Shown: in pieces, positions 1 to 9,866 of the stretch | Layout: the number at the start of each line of letters is the position of its first letter | How positions within the stretch are numbered: the first letter of the stretch is position 1 | IMG/VR virus record: IMGVR_UViG_3300020473_002200 | Location: 96,001 to 160,000 of that record | DNA length: 64,000 nt | Strand: one strand, 5' to 3' | DNA from: a virus | The notes under the pieces: generated by a model | The model's input: only the letters and a program-made list of their open reading frames with translations | What the model was told of the DNA's origin: nothing | Database searches by the model: none | Translations under genes and position numbers: made by a program

Positions 1-379
1 GATTTCTAGTATTTCCGCCCCATTTGATACGCTTAAAGACGCAATGTCTGGTTTAGAATCAATAGCTAAGGGATTTGACAATGATTATTTTGGTTCTTCT
101 GGCACCGTCGTAAAGGCAGCGCAGGGCCTTGTCGAGTCTTATAACGCAACTTATGCTGCTCTTTCAACGCTAACACAGGCTCCGATGGATTTAGACATTA
201 AGCTCCAGACATTTGCAGACGCAATGGGCATGGATAGCTCTACATTTACGATTGATAATGAAAAACTTAATTTTACAGTAAATGTTAACGTGACCATGGA
301 TGCTGAAAAGTTAAGTGATACGTTAACGGATAAACCAACAATGGGCAAGAAAACTATGAAACTAGCAGCGGGTGGATAA
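1..379 (+). CDS. C-terminal end of a tail tape-measure-like protein (5' partial)
   Basis: Frame is open from the window start. Ala/Ser/Thr-rich helical sequence ending TVNVNVTMDAEKL, directly upstream of baseplate-like genes; the call rests mainly on context. Confidence 0.4.
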   Translation, partial: ISSISAPFDTLKDAMSGLESIAKGFDNDYFGSSGTVVKAAQGLVESYNATYAALSTLTQAPMDLDIKLQTFADAMGMDSSTFTIDNEKLNFTVNVNVTMDAEKLSDTLTDKPTMGKKTMKLAAGG

Positions 380-380
380 A

Positions 381-554
381 ATGACTAAAGAAGAAAAAGA
401 AGAAATTGAAAAAGTTTATGGGGGTCTTTTAAAAGATTTTCCCTTTGACAAATATGATGAAATAATAGATAATATAAAGAAGCTTTTTGCGCATCCTTCT
501 GCTAAAAAGGGCCTACTTAAGCATATAAAAGAAGAATTAGTGGATAAGAAATAG
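381..554 (+). CDS. small hypothetical protein
   Basis: ATG at 381 just after the upstream stop; fills the gap to the next gene. Confidence 0.5.
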   Translation: MTKEEKEEIEKVYGGLLKDFPFDKYDEIIDNIKKLFAHPSAKKGLLKHIKEELVDKK

Positions 555-3500
555 TGTCTGATGAAAAGAAAATATATCCTGAAGGATCTGGTGAATTTGG
601 AGCACCTGACTCCGGCCGTCCTGGTAAAGTGGAATTTGACAAGGATGATCTGACTAGTCACACAAAGGCCACACTAAAGGATTATTTAAGCGGTTTAACG
701 CACGGCAAAAAAAATGCGTTTCCAATTTCTCATGCTTCTTTAATAGATCCCAAGACGAAGGAAAAGAAAAGTCTAGATGATGAAATAGACACAAGGGCAA
801 ATTCTGAAGATAGGATAGCAGAGATTAGAGTCGATACAAACGATTCACAATTTGTTTCTTTGTCTAGAGATTCTCAGGAAGCAAATGCGATGAGAACGTA
901 TTCTGATTCTGGGAAGTTTACTGATATAGAAGATAAGTCTTCGACGCTTAAGACATTTTTTGATAAAAACAAAAGAGGTCCAGGTCATAGCTTGCTTAGG
1001 GATATTAAGCCCACTAAAAAATATGATAATGGTGAGTTAACAGACCCAACTGGCGTCGATAAAGAAATCTATAAAATTCCCGATGACGCACCAACAGTGC
1101 AAAAAAGAATTTCAGCAATTCTCACTAACAACAATAGGTTTTCGCCTTCACCAGAATCGCCCTATATTAGAGATGGGCAATATACGAAACCTGGCGCAGC
1201 ATATGGTTCTATTCAAAAAAGCCTAGGTATGTACACTAGCAATTCACCCGCTGGTGATCTTGCTATAAATGATTTAAGAAAAATTGCTCATTCATTAATG
1301 CTAAAACAAACCGGACATTCTGGTCCAGATGGAAACCCAGATAGCGAAAATTTTATTACAGTTGCTCCAGGATCATTTGTAGATACTCGAGTTCCAATTC
1401 GAGACACATACGCTTCTCATGCCCATAAAGGATCTGGCCGGAGAGGGCGCCCATCACTAGATGCCGTTGTGCAGGATGAAGATGATGATGATCACTTTTT
1501 CAAATTTAATGATGGTAAGTCTTATGGCGCTACAAATTCTCATTTGGAGCCCTTTACAGGTAATCCATTAGCAGCAGTTACTTTTATCCTCCAGGGACTT
1601 ATAACACTATTTGGGCTAAGTTTTGTTATTGGTATATTCTTAGAGCAGCTTTTTAAAGAATTTACTGATGAAAGAGCCCAAGGCAAAGACCCCGGATCAC
1701 TTCCGCTAGGTAAGTCAACAGATGCACCAGCAGCTGCCTTAATTGATATAGGGGTTCCCTATCTAAGGTTTCCAGTATTCACATGTATAGCTTATGGTCT
1801 TGCTGCATTTTTTAGAATGAAATGGCCCAAAGCTAGACCTGATGATGATTTAGGGAATTTTATTTCTTTGGGACTCTGGTTTGCAGGTGAAGCAATCAAT
1901 ATATTCGAGTTTATCGATAGGATTAACGAGTCTAAGGGCTTCTATGTTAATTTAATGCGTAACATTATGAGGGACAATTCGAAGATCATAGACACCTTTA
2001 CGGATCCGTTATTGGTTCTAGGCGCAATTGGTGAAGCGGCTCTTCTGGGTGGCTCTATCAAGGCTGTATTGGTAAAACTTTTATCGTTGTTTTCTGGTTT
2101 GTCATCATTTCGATTCTTTATGGCGGTTGCGATTGTAGGTGAGCGGTGTAAGATGGGCGAAATAAGGGATTTTTCTGGTCTTGGTGGTCAATTAATAGAA
2201 ACTATACAAGATAATGGCGCCACTCGAGTGACCAAGAGCCGTGTACACAAAACGTCTAATGCTCTGGTATGGCGCCATCGTTCTGCTCCAGCAAAAATGA
2301 TTTTACCTGTTGAGCTTTTGAATGCAAAAGGGATAGTAAATAACGGCCCAGATATTATGACGGCAGTCGCTGCGAAGGTCGGTGATTACGAAGGGACAGA
2401 AAGCCATAGAAGAAGAATTGATTTTGTCGACAACGGTAGAATTTCATCTGATGATGTTCTGAAGTTTGAAGACGAACTCGAATCCGAGTATATGCCATTT
2501 TATTTTCACGATCTTAGGACAAATGAAGTAATAAGTTTTCATGCATTTATAACTGATATGAAGGATTCATTCTCTGTTTCTTATACTGATACCGACGCTT
2601 ATGGTCGTATTGATCCTGTGAAAATTTATAATAAAACTGCTCGCTCAATAAGCGTTGGTTTTTGGTTAATAGCAACCTCTCAAGAAGACTTTGATTCAAT
2701 GTGGCTAAGTATTAATAAATTAACAAACATGGTTTATCCTCAATGGTCCGAGGGTCGCCAGTTAGCCTCAGAGGGTAAAAGCTTCATAATGCCCTTTTCA
2801 CAAATTCCCACTGCTAGCCCAATGATTCGATTAAGGGTTGGTGATTTTATTAGATCAAATGGTAGTAAGTTTAATCTACAAAAGCTGTTTGGTTTACAAC
2901 ATGCGTCTGGTGAAGAGCCTAAGTTCACATTCGGTAAGAACCCCGGGATAAAAGCAGAAAAAGCGAATAAGGATGTTGATAAAGCTAGGGACGTTATAGT
3001 GGGTCAAGCCGACGTACTAAGCGAGCAAGACACATTTGGCGTAGGCAAGTTTGCTATTTTAAGAAGATCTACTGCACACCCTTACGTTACTTTAAAGAAG
3101 GGTGGAGCAGCTGGTGGTCTTTTGGGCCCACCTACTTTACCATTTTATACGTGGACTCGCGGAGATGCTATAGTCAAAATTACTAAAGCTGAAGATAGGC
3201 CGGGTGCACCCGATGTTGATACTAGCAAGGGTGAAGAGTACGTTATGAAAAAGCCCTATCAATATCGCGTAGAGTTTCAAAATCCGAAGGATCCAGCAAA
3301 TCCGCATGACAAGGCTGATTTCGAAATGATCGTCTTAGCTTCTGACATGAAGGTAATAACAACGGAGGCCGAACCTATAGAGAATAAATTAAATGATCTA
3401 AAAGAAGCTGCTGACGCAGGTGAATTTTTTGATCCAGAAAAGAACTCTATTATGAAGGCATATGAGTCTACCCGCGGTAGAGGCCTTGCGGGATTTATTT

Positions 3501-3790
3501 CTAGTTTAGATTTCGACTATACAGACGCAACTTACGAAACTGGATCAATCACTCGTAGAGCGCCAAAGATGGTAAAGGTATCGATTAGTTTTGTGCCAAT
3601 TCACGATATCGCTCCTGGAATGGACAGCCAGGGTGGTATGCGTGCACCACTTTACCCTGTCGGTGATATATCTGCGCATCTCGCCGGCGATGAGTTAGCA
3701 AATGTTGAAGAATATGGTGTAAAATCGTCAAAAGCACAGGAATCGTTTAAGGAGACGCAAGGCTCTTTGGGTCGTAGGCAAGATGAATAA
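554..3790 (+). CDS. large baseplate / tail-tube-initiator-like protein
   Basis: 1078 aa. Segments YMPFYFHDLRTNEVISFHAFI...YGRIDPVKIY...PMIRLRVGD and GFISSLDFDY...APKMVKVSISF resemble tube-initiator folds of contractile tails; followed by a LysM gene. Confidence 0.55.
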   Translation: MSDEKKIYPEGSGEFGAPDSGRPGKVEFDKDDLTSHTKATLKDYLSGLTHGKKNAFPISHASLIDPKTKEKKSLDDEIDTRANSEDRIAEIRVDTNDSQFVSLSRDSQEANAMRTYSDSGKFTDIEDKSSTLKTFFDKNKRGPGHSLLRDIKPTKKYDNGELTDPTGVDKEIYKIPDDAPTVQKRISAILTNNNRFSPSPESPYIRDGQYTKPGAAYGSIQKSLGMYTSNSPAGDLAINDLRKIAHSLMLKQTGHSGPDGNPDSENFITVAPGSFVDTRVPIRDTYASHAHKGSGRRGRPSLDAVVQDEDDDDHFFKFNDGKSYGATNSHLEPFTGNPLAAVTFILQGLITLFGLSFVIGIFLEQLFKEFTDERAQGKDPGSLPLGKSTDAPAAALIDIGVPYLRFPVFTCIAYGLAAFFRMKWPKARPDDDLGNFISLGLWFAGEAINIFEFIDRINESKGFYVNLMRNIMRDNSKIIDTFTDPLLVLGAIGEAALLGGSIKAVLVKLLSLFSGLSSFRFFMAVAIVGERCKMGEIRDFSGLGGQLIETIQDNGATRVTKSRVHKTSNALVWRHRSAPAKMILPVELLNAKGIVNNGPDIMTAVAAKVGDYEGTESHRRRIDFVDNGRISSDDVLKFEDELESEYMPFYFHDLRTNEVISFHAFITDMKDSFSVSYTDTDAYGRIDPVKIYNKTARSISVGFWLIATSQEDFDSMWLSINKLTNMVYPQWSEGRQLASEGKSFIMPFSQIPTASPMIRLRVGDFIRSNGSKFNLQKLFGLQHASGEEPKFTFGKNPGIKAEKANKDVDKARDVIVGQADVLSEQDTFGVGKFAILRRSTAHPYVTLKKGGAAGGLLGPPTLPFYTWTRGDAIVKITKAEDRPGAPDVDTSKGEEYVMKKPYQYRVEFQNPKDPANPHDKADFEMIVLASDMKVITTEAEPIENKLNDLKEAADAGEFFDPEKNSIMKAYESTRGRGLAGFISSLDFDYTDATYETGSITRRAPKMVKVSISFVPIHDIAPGMDSQGGMRAPLYPVGDISAHLAGDELANVEEYGVKSSKAQESFKETQGSLGRRQDE

Positions 3791-3802
3791 AGGAGGTTTG
3801 GT

Positions 3803-4090
3803 TTGAGAAGATATGGGCCAGCCCCCATTATGGGAGGGGGTACTTTTTACGGTACGTATATCCCAAGTAAAATATTAAGAGAAGCAGCTTTAAGCGGTAC
3901 AATATCTATACGAAAAGACTACCTTAGAGAAGGTGAAAGAATGGATACTATCGCTGGAGTTGAGTATGGCGACTCAAGGTTGTGGTGGATCATCGCAGGT
4001 GCCAGTGGTATTGGTTGGAGCTTGCAGGTCCCACCTGGGACCTATTTGTTGGTACCTACCAATTTAATGCAGGTAGCAGCCCTGGTATAA
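3803..4090 (+). CDS. LysM / P2 gpX-like baseplate protein
   Basis: RMDTIAGVEYGDSRLWWIIAGASGI...VPPGTYLLVP LysM-like pattern; AGGAGG SD upstream. Confidence 0.7.
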   Translation: MRRYGPAPIMGGGTFYGTYIPSKILREAALSGTISIRKDYLREGERMDTIAGVEYGDSRLWWIIAGASGIGWSLQVPPGTYLLVPTNLMQVAALV

Positions 4091-4101
4091 GGTGAACATC
4101 G

Positions 4102-7026
4102 ATGGCTAGAGGTACAAAAACTAGGCTAAATCAAGCTATAGAAGATCTCAAGGCTTATTTTGGCGTATTATCTCAAGATGATCTATTTAATGTCCTTATG
4201 GGCGTATCGACAATGGATAACCTCCAAAAGGCTAATTTCGATATGGTCCAAGGCAAGCCTGCTCCTGAGCCAGGAATTGCTGCGATAATAGGCATGCTAC
4301 AATCGAACGAAACTGCCTATTTTGCTCATGAGATTATTGCAAAAATAAACGAATTTAAGACCAAAAGTGGTGATGCTGAAAAGCTGGTTTCTGATGCGCT
4401 AATGGTGGTGTATGAAGATTCAGAAGCACAATTAGGTGACAAGATAGGTGTTAAGACTTCAATGTCTCAATTGGTGGTACCCATCAATAAAGATCCAAGA
4501 GACAAACCACCAATAGAACCCAACCAAGATGTTACAAACCCGAGTAAAGATAAGCCAGCTCTTTCTGCTTTTGTTGTTTTAAAAAATACGTTGAACCCTA
4601 CAAAGAGGGGTACACCGGCTGCTGAAATTTTTATGAATACTATTCCCACTCTAGAAATGTCTAGATGTGTACCTTTTCTCGACGTAACATTAATCCCATC
4701 CGTTCCTGCGTTATCTGACGACGGTACAGTTCAAACAATATCTTTATTACAATTTTTAAGAGGTAACTTTAAGCCTGCCGGAGGCTCAGCAGACGAGACT
4801 ATTGCCAAGGGCATTGATCTTAAGGTAAGAAAAAATGTCTTAAATACTCCACCGCCAAAAGTTAGCGATGAAAGTAAAAAGAAGCAAGATCCTTCGTTAA
4901 CTTCTGCTGGTATGGAAATTTTTACTTCACCTCAAACACTTGTCATGGGTGATGAGTCATATACACCGCATGCTCCTGAATCTAGAGGCGCGCCTGTTAT
5001 AGACAGGTTTAGACCCTTTATGAGCTTAAAGGACTTCAAGGTAAATTTAGTACCGTCTGCTGGGCTATTGACGTTTAAGTCAGCAGAGATGGGCCTTATT
5101 TTACATGACAGATCTAGACTCGCCGAAATCGCTGAATTTGTTAAACCAGATCTATATGGAAAAACGCAGATGTTGGTTACCTACGGCTGGTCTCATCCTG
5201 ATGGTAATCTGCCAGGGAATGTTTACGGAAGATTTTTGGATAGTCTAAAGTGCACTGAGAAATATGGCGTCGTTAATTCTAGCTTTACGTTTGATAATGT
5301 TGGGCAAGTCAATATAACACTTAAGTTATCGCTAAAAGGATCTGCACAAGTAGAATTATCCAAAATATCTGCAGGCGCTGCCGTCAAGGATGCGTTAAAA
5401 GATGTTGAAAGACTTACTGAGGCGCTAAAAGGCGCTCGTAAGCAAAAGCCTGGTGGTGCAAAAGGGGCAAAAAAGATTGATGGTGGTCAAATAGTGTCCA
5501 GGATGTCTGATACTGGATCTGCTATGGGGTTTAATAAAGAGACAGGTAAGAAAATAGACGAATTTATTAAAAACGCCAGAAAAGTCGGCGCGCCTGGTAA
5601 TCTAAAAAAAGTCCTACCATTATTAAAGAAGTTAAAAAATGCAGTCCCTAAAGCCCAAAAGGCCATGGCGCGCATTGTTGCAAAGAAAGTTGGAGATGTA
5701 TCCAAAAAAAGGAAATTATCGCTACAAGCGAGCAAAAAAGAGCTTCTAGATCCTTTTATGAAAACTTTTGTAGGACATAATCAGAAATTTGTAAATATCA
5801 ATGAGAATGATGTAGGGTACACTACTTTTGGTAATCTTGTTTTGGCGTTCTGCGGATATCCACTTTGCGGTACTGGCCAATTTGATGAAGTGCAATTCAT
5901 ATTCTATACCTTCAACAGCCATGCTTCATATATGAAAGATGCACCAATATCTAGCTTTCCAATCAGTATTCAAACATTTACTCAGAAATTTAGGGAAAAA
6001 TGTAAAACGTCTACGAATATGCCTATCGGCGCGTTTATTAGGTTTTTATCAAAAGAATTTGTTTCAAGCCAGACTGCGGAAGCGTATGGGCTAACAGATC
6101 TATACGAAAAAGATAAAGAGAATCCTGGTAAAATTAAGCTTAAAAAAGTTTTTGAAGATGAGGGTGGAAAAACGCTGCTAAAGAGTGTAAAAGACTTAAG
6201 GTTAAAAGACGCGTATGGAATAAAAGACGAAGAAGCTGATATTAATTTTAAGGTCCCCAGAATACAAATGCAGGCAGAGTGTCTAACTGCTGATGAGGAT
6301 GGGAAATCAATTTATAGAATCCATATTTTCGATCAAAATTCTACTTCACATACGACGTTGGCACAGATATGGCAGGCTTCCCAACAGGAAGCTATTACGC
6401 CGTTTACTAGCGGTATCGCAAAAGCCGCCAGAAAAGAAAAGGATAAAAGCGGAAGCAAAGAAGAATTCATATCTCAGATTAATGCTGCTTTAAAGAGTGG
6501 AATTTTAGAAGCGATTCCATCAACTACTGAGATAACAGAATCTGATGTTGAAAGTGGAAGCGTAAGATTTCGAGTCAAGAAAGACTTTACATACGTAAAA
6601 GATTTTTTGAAATCCGTTATGCCCACCATCATATACGGTAATAATACCACGAACGTAATAACAGCTAATCTCGCATCAATGAATAACCCTGCAATGACCA
6701 GCATTAATATGAGAAGATCAGGGTTGGGGGCAGGTACTTCTGCATTAGGCTTAAGGGAGTCTGGCTTACCATTACAGATTGCACCAACCAGACTCTCGCT
6801 ACAAACCATGGGCTTTCCAATTGCTACAATCGGTCAAACATTTTTTGTGGATTTTGGTACGGGTACCAGCGCTGATAATATCTACTGTGCATCAAAAGTT
6901 AGTCATACAATTTCTGCCGGTAATTTTCAAACAAGTTGGGAGTTTCAACCCCTAAATGCTTATGGCTCATATACCAATATCGGAAATGCTGTAAATCAAG
7001 CGGTCGCAGAAATTGAGTCTGATTAA
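4102..7026 (+). CDS. baseplate hub-like protein
   Basis: 974 aa after LysM. C-terminal GFPIATIGQTFFVDFGTGTSADNIY...SHTISAGNFQT resembles hub (gp27/gpD-like) C-termini. Confidence 0.5.
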   Translation: MARGTKTRLNQAIEDLKAYFGVLSQDDLFNVLMGVSTMDNLQKANFDMVQGKPAPEPGIAAIIGMLQSNETAYFAHEIIAKINEFKTKSGDAEKLVSDALMVVYEDSEAQLGDKIGVKTSMSQLVVPINKDPRDKPPIEPNQDVTNPSKDKPALSAFVVLKNTLNPTKRGTPAAEIFMNTIPTLEMSRCVPFLDVTLIPSVPALSDDGTVQTISLLQFLRGNFKPAGGSADETIAKGIDLKVRKNVLNTPPPKVSDESKKKQDPSLTSAGMEIFTSPQTLVMGDESYTPHAPESRGAPVIDRFRPFMSLKDFKVNLVPSAGLLTFKSAEMGLILHDRSRLAEIAEFVKPDLYGKTQMLVTYGWSHPDGNLPGNVYGRFLDSLKCTEKYGVVNSSFTFDNVGQVNITLKLSLKGSAQVELSKISAGAAVKDALKDVERLTEALKGARKQKPGGAKGAKKIDGGQIVSRMSDTGSAMGFNKETGKKIDEFIKNARKVGAPGNLKKVLPLLKKLKNAVPKAQKAMARIVAKKVGDVSKKRKLSLQASKKELLDPFMKTFVGHNQKFVNINENDVGYTTFGNLVLAFCGYPLCGTGQFDEVQFIFYTFNSHASYMKDAPISSFPISIQTFTQKFREKCKTSTNMPIGAFIRFLSKEFVSSQTAEAYGLTDLYEKDKENPGKIKLKKVFEDEGGKTLLKSVKDLRLKDAYGIKDEEADINFKVPRIQMQAECLTADEDGKSIYRIHIFDQNSTSHTTLAQIWQASQQEAITPFTSGIAKAARKEKDKSGSKEEFISQINAALKSGILEAIPSTTEITESDVESGSVRFRVKKDFTYVKDFLKSVMPTIIYGNNTTNVITANLASMNNPAMTSINMRRSGLGAGTSALGLRESGLPLQIAPTRLSLQTMGFPIATIGQTFFVDFGTGTSADNIYCASKVSHTISAGNFQTSWEFQPLNAYGSYTNIGNAVNQAVAEIESD

Positions 7027-7027
7027 A

Positions 7028-7056
7028 TTGAAAATCTGTATTCAGATTTATACAAT
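7028..7056 (+). promoter_or_regulatory. sigma70-like promoter with a palindrome in the spacer
   Basis: TTGAAA (7028-33), 17 nt spacer, TACAAT (7051-56). Inverted repeat AAATCTG-tatt-CAGATTT at 7032-7049. ATG follows at 7062. Confidence 0.65.
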
Positions 7057-7061
7057 TATTC

Positions 7062-8228
7062 ATGAGACTGCTAATAGATAGATCACTTTTCGGGCAAAAT
7101 CGGTATCTTTTGCTAGATGGTAAAGAATACGCTTGGGTTGACAATAGCGATGTAGATCATGATCTGTTTTTAGATATTAACGAATCTAACACTCTAAATG
7201 AATATTTGAGGCTATACGATATTGATCCAATAGAATTTATAGACAAAAAGTATAAAGCAATGATGAATGTAGTTGCTGCGCATTCCCCAAACTGGAAATA
7301 CGTTTTACCGAAATCTGTTTATTCTAAAAAGCTAGATATTCTTAATACGTTCCTTGAGGACACATACCCTATTATCAATAAAGATAATTACGCAAAAACA
7401 TTAGAGGCCGGGAATTTTATATTAAGGCAGCTCGAGGAATTTAAGCCCAATAAAGAAGTATTAGGTTCTAAAATAGAAAATCCGACGATTAAAAAAATAA
7501 TACAATCTTTTACCCCGGGCAGTAATGGCTTAACTAAAAAGCTAACTTATGATAGGTTTAAAACCGTAACAGGTCGCTTGGTGGTGCAAAACGGACCGCA
7601 AGTATTACTTCTACCTAGACGTATGAAGAATATTTTTGAAAGCAGTTATTCCGAGGGTAAGATTTTATGGGTTGACTTTGTGTCTCTAGAGCCACGTTTT
7701 GCAAAATTGCTAACAAGCGACGTAGCTAAAAAAGACATTTACACAGATATAATAAAAGAATACGACTTGTCTTATAGCAGAGAAAAGGTGAAAGCAGCTG
7801 TTTTATCTACATTATTCGGCGCTGGTTTGTCAAAATTAACAGAAATTGTGGGTAAGGAAGCGTTTGTTATCAAAAAGGCGATAGATGAATATTTTAATCT
7901 CAAACATATTTTGTCTATGGCTGGTGATTATAGCAAGGGTAAGATCAAAAATTATTTTGGAAGACCTATTCCGCTTAAGAAGTTAACATCGAATGTCGCT
8001 GTAAATAACTTTATACAAAGTTCAAGTGTTGATGTGTCACTTATGGGATTTTCAAGCTTAATGAAGGATGCTAGGATGCCGAATACCGTAAAGCCACTTT
8101 GTATAATTCATGATGCGCTGGTGTTAGACGTTAAGAATAGTGATATAGAGCAAGTTTACAAGATAATTAATGAAGGGATAGATATTGAAAATGTTGGCCA
8201 TTTTTTTCTGGAGTGTGATATAATATGA
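7062..8228 (+). CDS. short family A DNA polymerase-like protein
   Basis: TVTGRL, motif A DFVSLEPR, motif B REKVKAAVLSTLFG, NYFGRP, NNFIQSS, motif C IHDA. Only 388 aa. Confidence 0.8.
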   Translation: MRLLIDRSLFGQNRYLLLDGKEYAWVDNSDVDHDLFLDINESNTLNEYLRLYDIDPIEFIDKKYKAMMNVVAAHSPNWKYVLPKSVYSKKLDILNTFLEDTYPIINKDNYAKTLEAGNFILRQLEEFKPNKEVLGSKIENPTIKKIIQSFTPGSNGLTKKLTYDRFKTVTGRLVVQNGPQVLLLPRRMKNIFESSYSEGKILWVDFVSLEPRFAKLLTSDVAKKDIYTDIIKEYDLSYSREKVKAAVLSTLFGAGLSKLTEIVGKEAFVIKKAIDEYFNLKHILSMAGDYSKGKIKNYFGRPIPLKKLTSNVAVNNFIQSSSVDVSLMGFSSLMKDARMPNTVKPLCIIHDALVLDVKNSDIEQVYKIINEGIDIENVGHFFLECDII

Positions 8229-8722
8229 AAGTTTCTATTAAAGATGTTGTGCTAGACATTCTTTCTGAAGAGAAAGAAGAAGGCAATGAACCGAAAAAAG
8301 AAAAGAAGCTAAAACCTGGTGTAGAGGCTTCAACTGGATCTGGTAGATTTTCTGCTGGTGTTAATGAGGCCGGTGCCCTTGCCAAAGAAGATCCGAAGCA
8401 ATTAATGAAAAATCTGCAAATAAGATCTGCTACGGGTGGAAATGATATCGAAAGAGTGAAGGTGTTGCTCAAGCAGGCATTTGTCGGTGCTGATGCAATG
8501 AAGGCGGTATACACATCGCTAAAGACTGTTACTAAAGGAGAAAAAACTGGGTTACGTGTAGATATCTCTGAGATTAAAGTGCGAGACGGTATAAAGTACT
8601 TATATCATACACTAGTTGGAGCAAGAAGCGCCGGGATCCTAGACTTAGATTCATTAGTACAAATAGAAAATGATTCAGGAAGCGTTATTATTTACTCTGG
8701 AGAAAAAAAGACTTGGCAATGA
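8225..8722 (+). CDS. hypothetical protein with a leader-like N-terminus (MKVSIKDVVLDILSEE)
   Basis: ATGA-type coupling region; N-terminal amphipathic helix ending in L-x-E. Confidence 0.6.
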   Translation: MKVSIKDVVLDILSEEKEEGNEPKKEKKLKPGVEASTGSGRFSAGVNEAGALAKEDPKQLMKNLQIRSATGGNDIERVKVLLKQAFVGADAMKAVYTSLKTVTKGEKTGLRVDISEIKVRDGIKYLYHTLVGARSAGILDLDSLVQIENDSGSVIIYSGEKKTWQ

Positions 8723-9537
8723 TTATAGATAGCAAAAAAGAAGTTATAGAATTAAAAAATCTTAGTGATTTATCTGCTCTTGAAACCCATTCTTCAATGG
8801 ATGATATCGCTGTGATCCTATGTAGCATCGTGACAACCTCTTTAAGCCCTACTACGGGTGATATATTAAGGATTAATTTGAAGCTTTGCCATATTAATAA
8901 AGACGGAAATTTCACAAAACATAGGAATGTAGCATCATTTTTTGAAGATCCAAAAAGGGAATTATCGAATGAAGAATCTCAATTTTTAGATTTTTCTATT
9001 AGCGACAAGAATGGCTCAAGCATAAATTGGGAATTAATATCTGGGTTGTTACAGAAAGCTGAATTAGTAATCGCTCATAATGCGGCATTCGTAAAGCCGT
9101 GGATAGAAAAATATACTGGGAATATGGATGTATTATGGGGTTGTAGCATGGATCAAGTTAATTGGGCTGAGATGGGATTTCCGTCAAGAAGTCTAAATGT
9201 ATTATCAGTATTTTCTGGCTTTTTTTATGATTTTAAAAATTCTGCTTCTACCTTAGACGCCTTAACTCATGTGTTAAGCTTAAACAATTCAACAAAAAAT
9301 CTAATAATAAAAGCCAAGTCTCCTGATCTCCAAATATTCGCAGCAAATGCTCCTAGGGAGCTAAATCACTTGCTGAAAGAAAGACGATATCGCTGGAATC
9401 CCGATGTTGGAAGTTGGTGGCTGGGACTAGAAAACACAGAGCAAGGAGAGCTTGAATCGAAATGGTTATCGAATAATTTACCCGGTACGGAACCACAAAT
9501 TTTCGAAATTGATCCTAAATTCAGATTTTCAAGATAA
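8713..9537 (+). CDS. DEDDh (DnaQ/epsilon-like) exonuclease homolog, probably inactive
   Basis: VIAHNAAF and C-terminal LLKERRYRWNP...W match the family. ExoI reads CSIVTT instead of D-x-E-TT; ExoII has V in place of D. Confidence 0.65.
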   Translation: MAMIIDSKKEVIELKNLSDLSALETHSSMDDIAVILCSIVTTSLSPTTGDILRINLKLCHINKDGNFTKHRNVASFFEDPKRELSNEESQFLDFSISDKNGSSINWELISGLLQKAELVIAHNAAFVKPWIEKYTGNMDVLWGCSMDQVNWAEMGFPSRSLNVLSVFSGFFYDFKNSASTLDALTHVLSLNNSTKNLIIKAKSPDLQIFAANAPRELNHLLKERRYRWNPDVGSWWLGLENTEQGELESKWLSNNLPGTEPQIFEIDPKFRFSR

Positions 9538-9545
9538 TTAATATT

Positions 9546-9782
9546 ATGAACACTAAGCTTATTAGAGAATTTATACGACTTTTTTTAGAGAGATCAAGCG
9601 ATGTACTCGGTGAACCTGACCTCTCAAACCAAGAGGAAAGAGAAAAAGAGAAAAAAGATTCTGAGAAAGATGAAATGTCTGTTGCTGCTGGTATGCCTGG
9701 TGTTTCCACACCGCTAGGTACTGGACCGACCTACCCTGCTAAAATTGTCAAAAAGAATAAGAAAAGACAAAAAAAGAAATAG
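9546..9782 (+). CDS. small protein with leader MNTKLIREFIRLFLE
   Basis: Leader matches the 49-60 kb array consensus; GATAATTAAT immediately upstream. Confidence 0.65.
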   Translation: MNTKLIREFIRLFLERSSDVLGEPDLSNQEEREKEKKDSEKDEMSVAAGMPGVSTPLGTGPTYPAKIVKKNKKRQKKK

Positions 9783-9790
9783 CATCTATT

Positions 9791-9819
9791 CTGAAAACCC
9801 TTCAATTCGGTAATATAAT
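9791..9819 (+). promoter_or_regulatory. sigma70-like promoter upstream of SSB-recA
   Basis: CTGAAA (9791-96), 17 nt spacer, TATAAT (9814-19); GGAGGTG SD before the ATG at 9867. Confidence 0.55.
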
Positions 9820-9866
9820 CATAATACAGTTGATAAGTTGCCAATTTAAAAATATGGAGGTGAACC

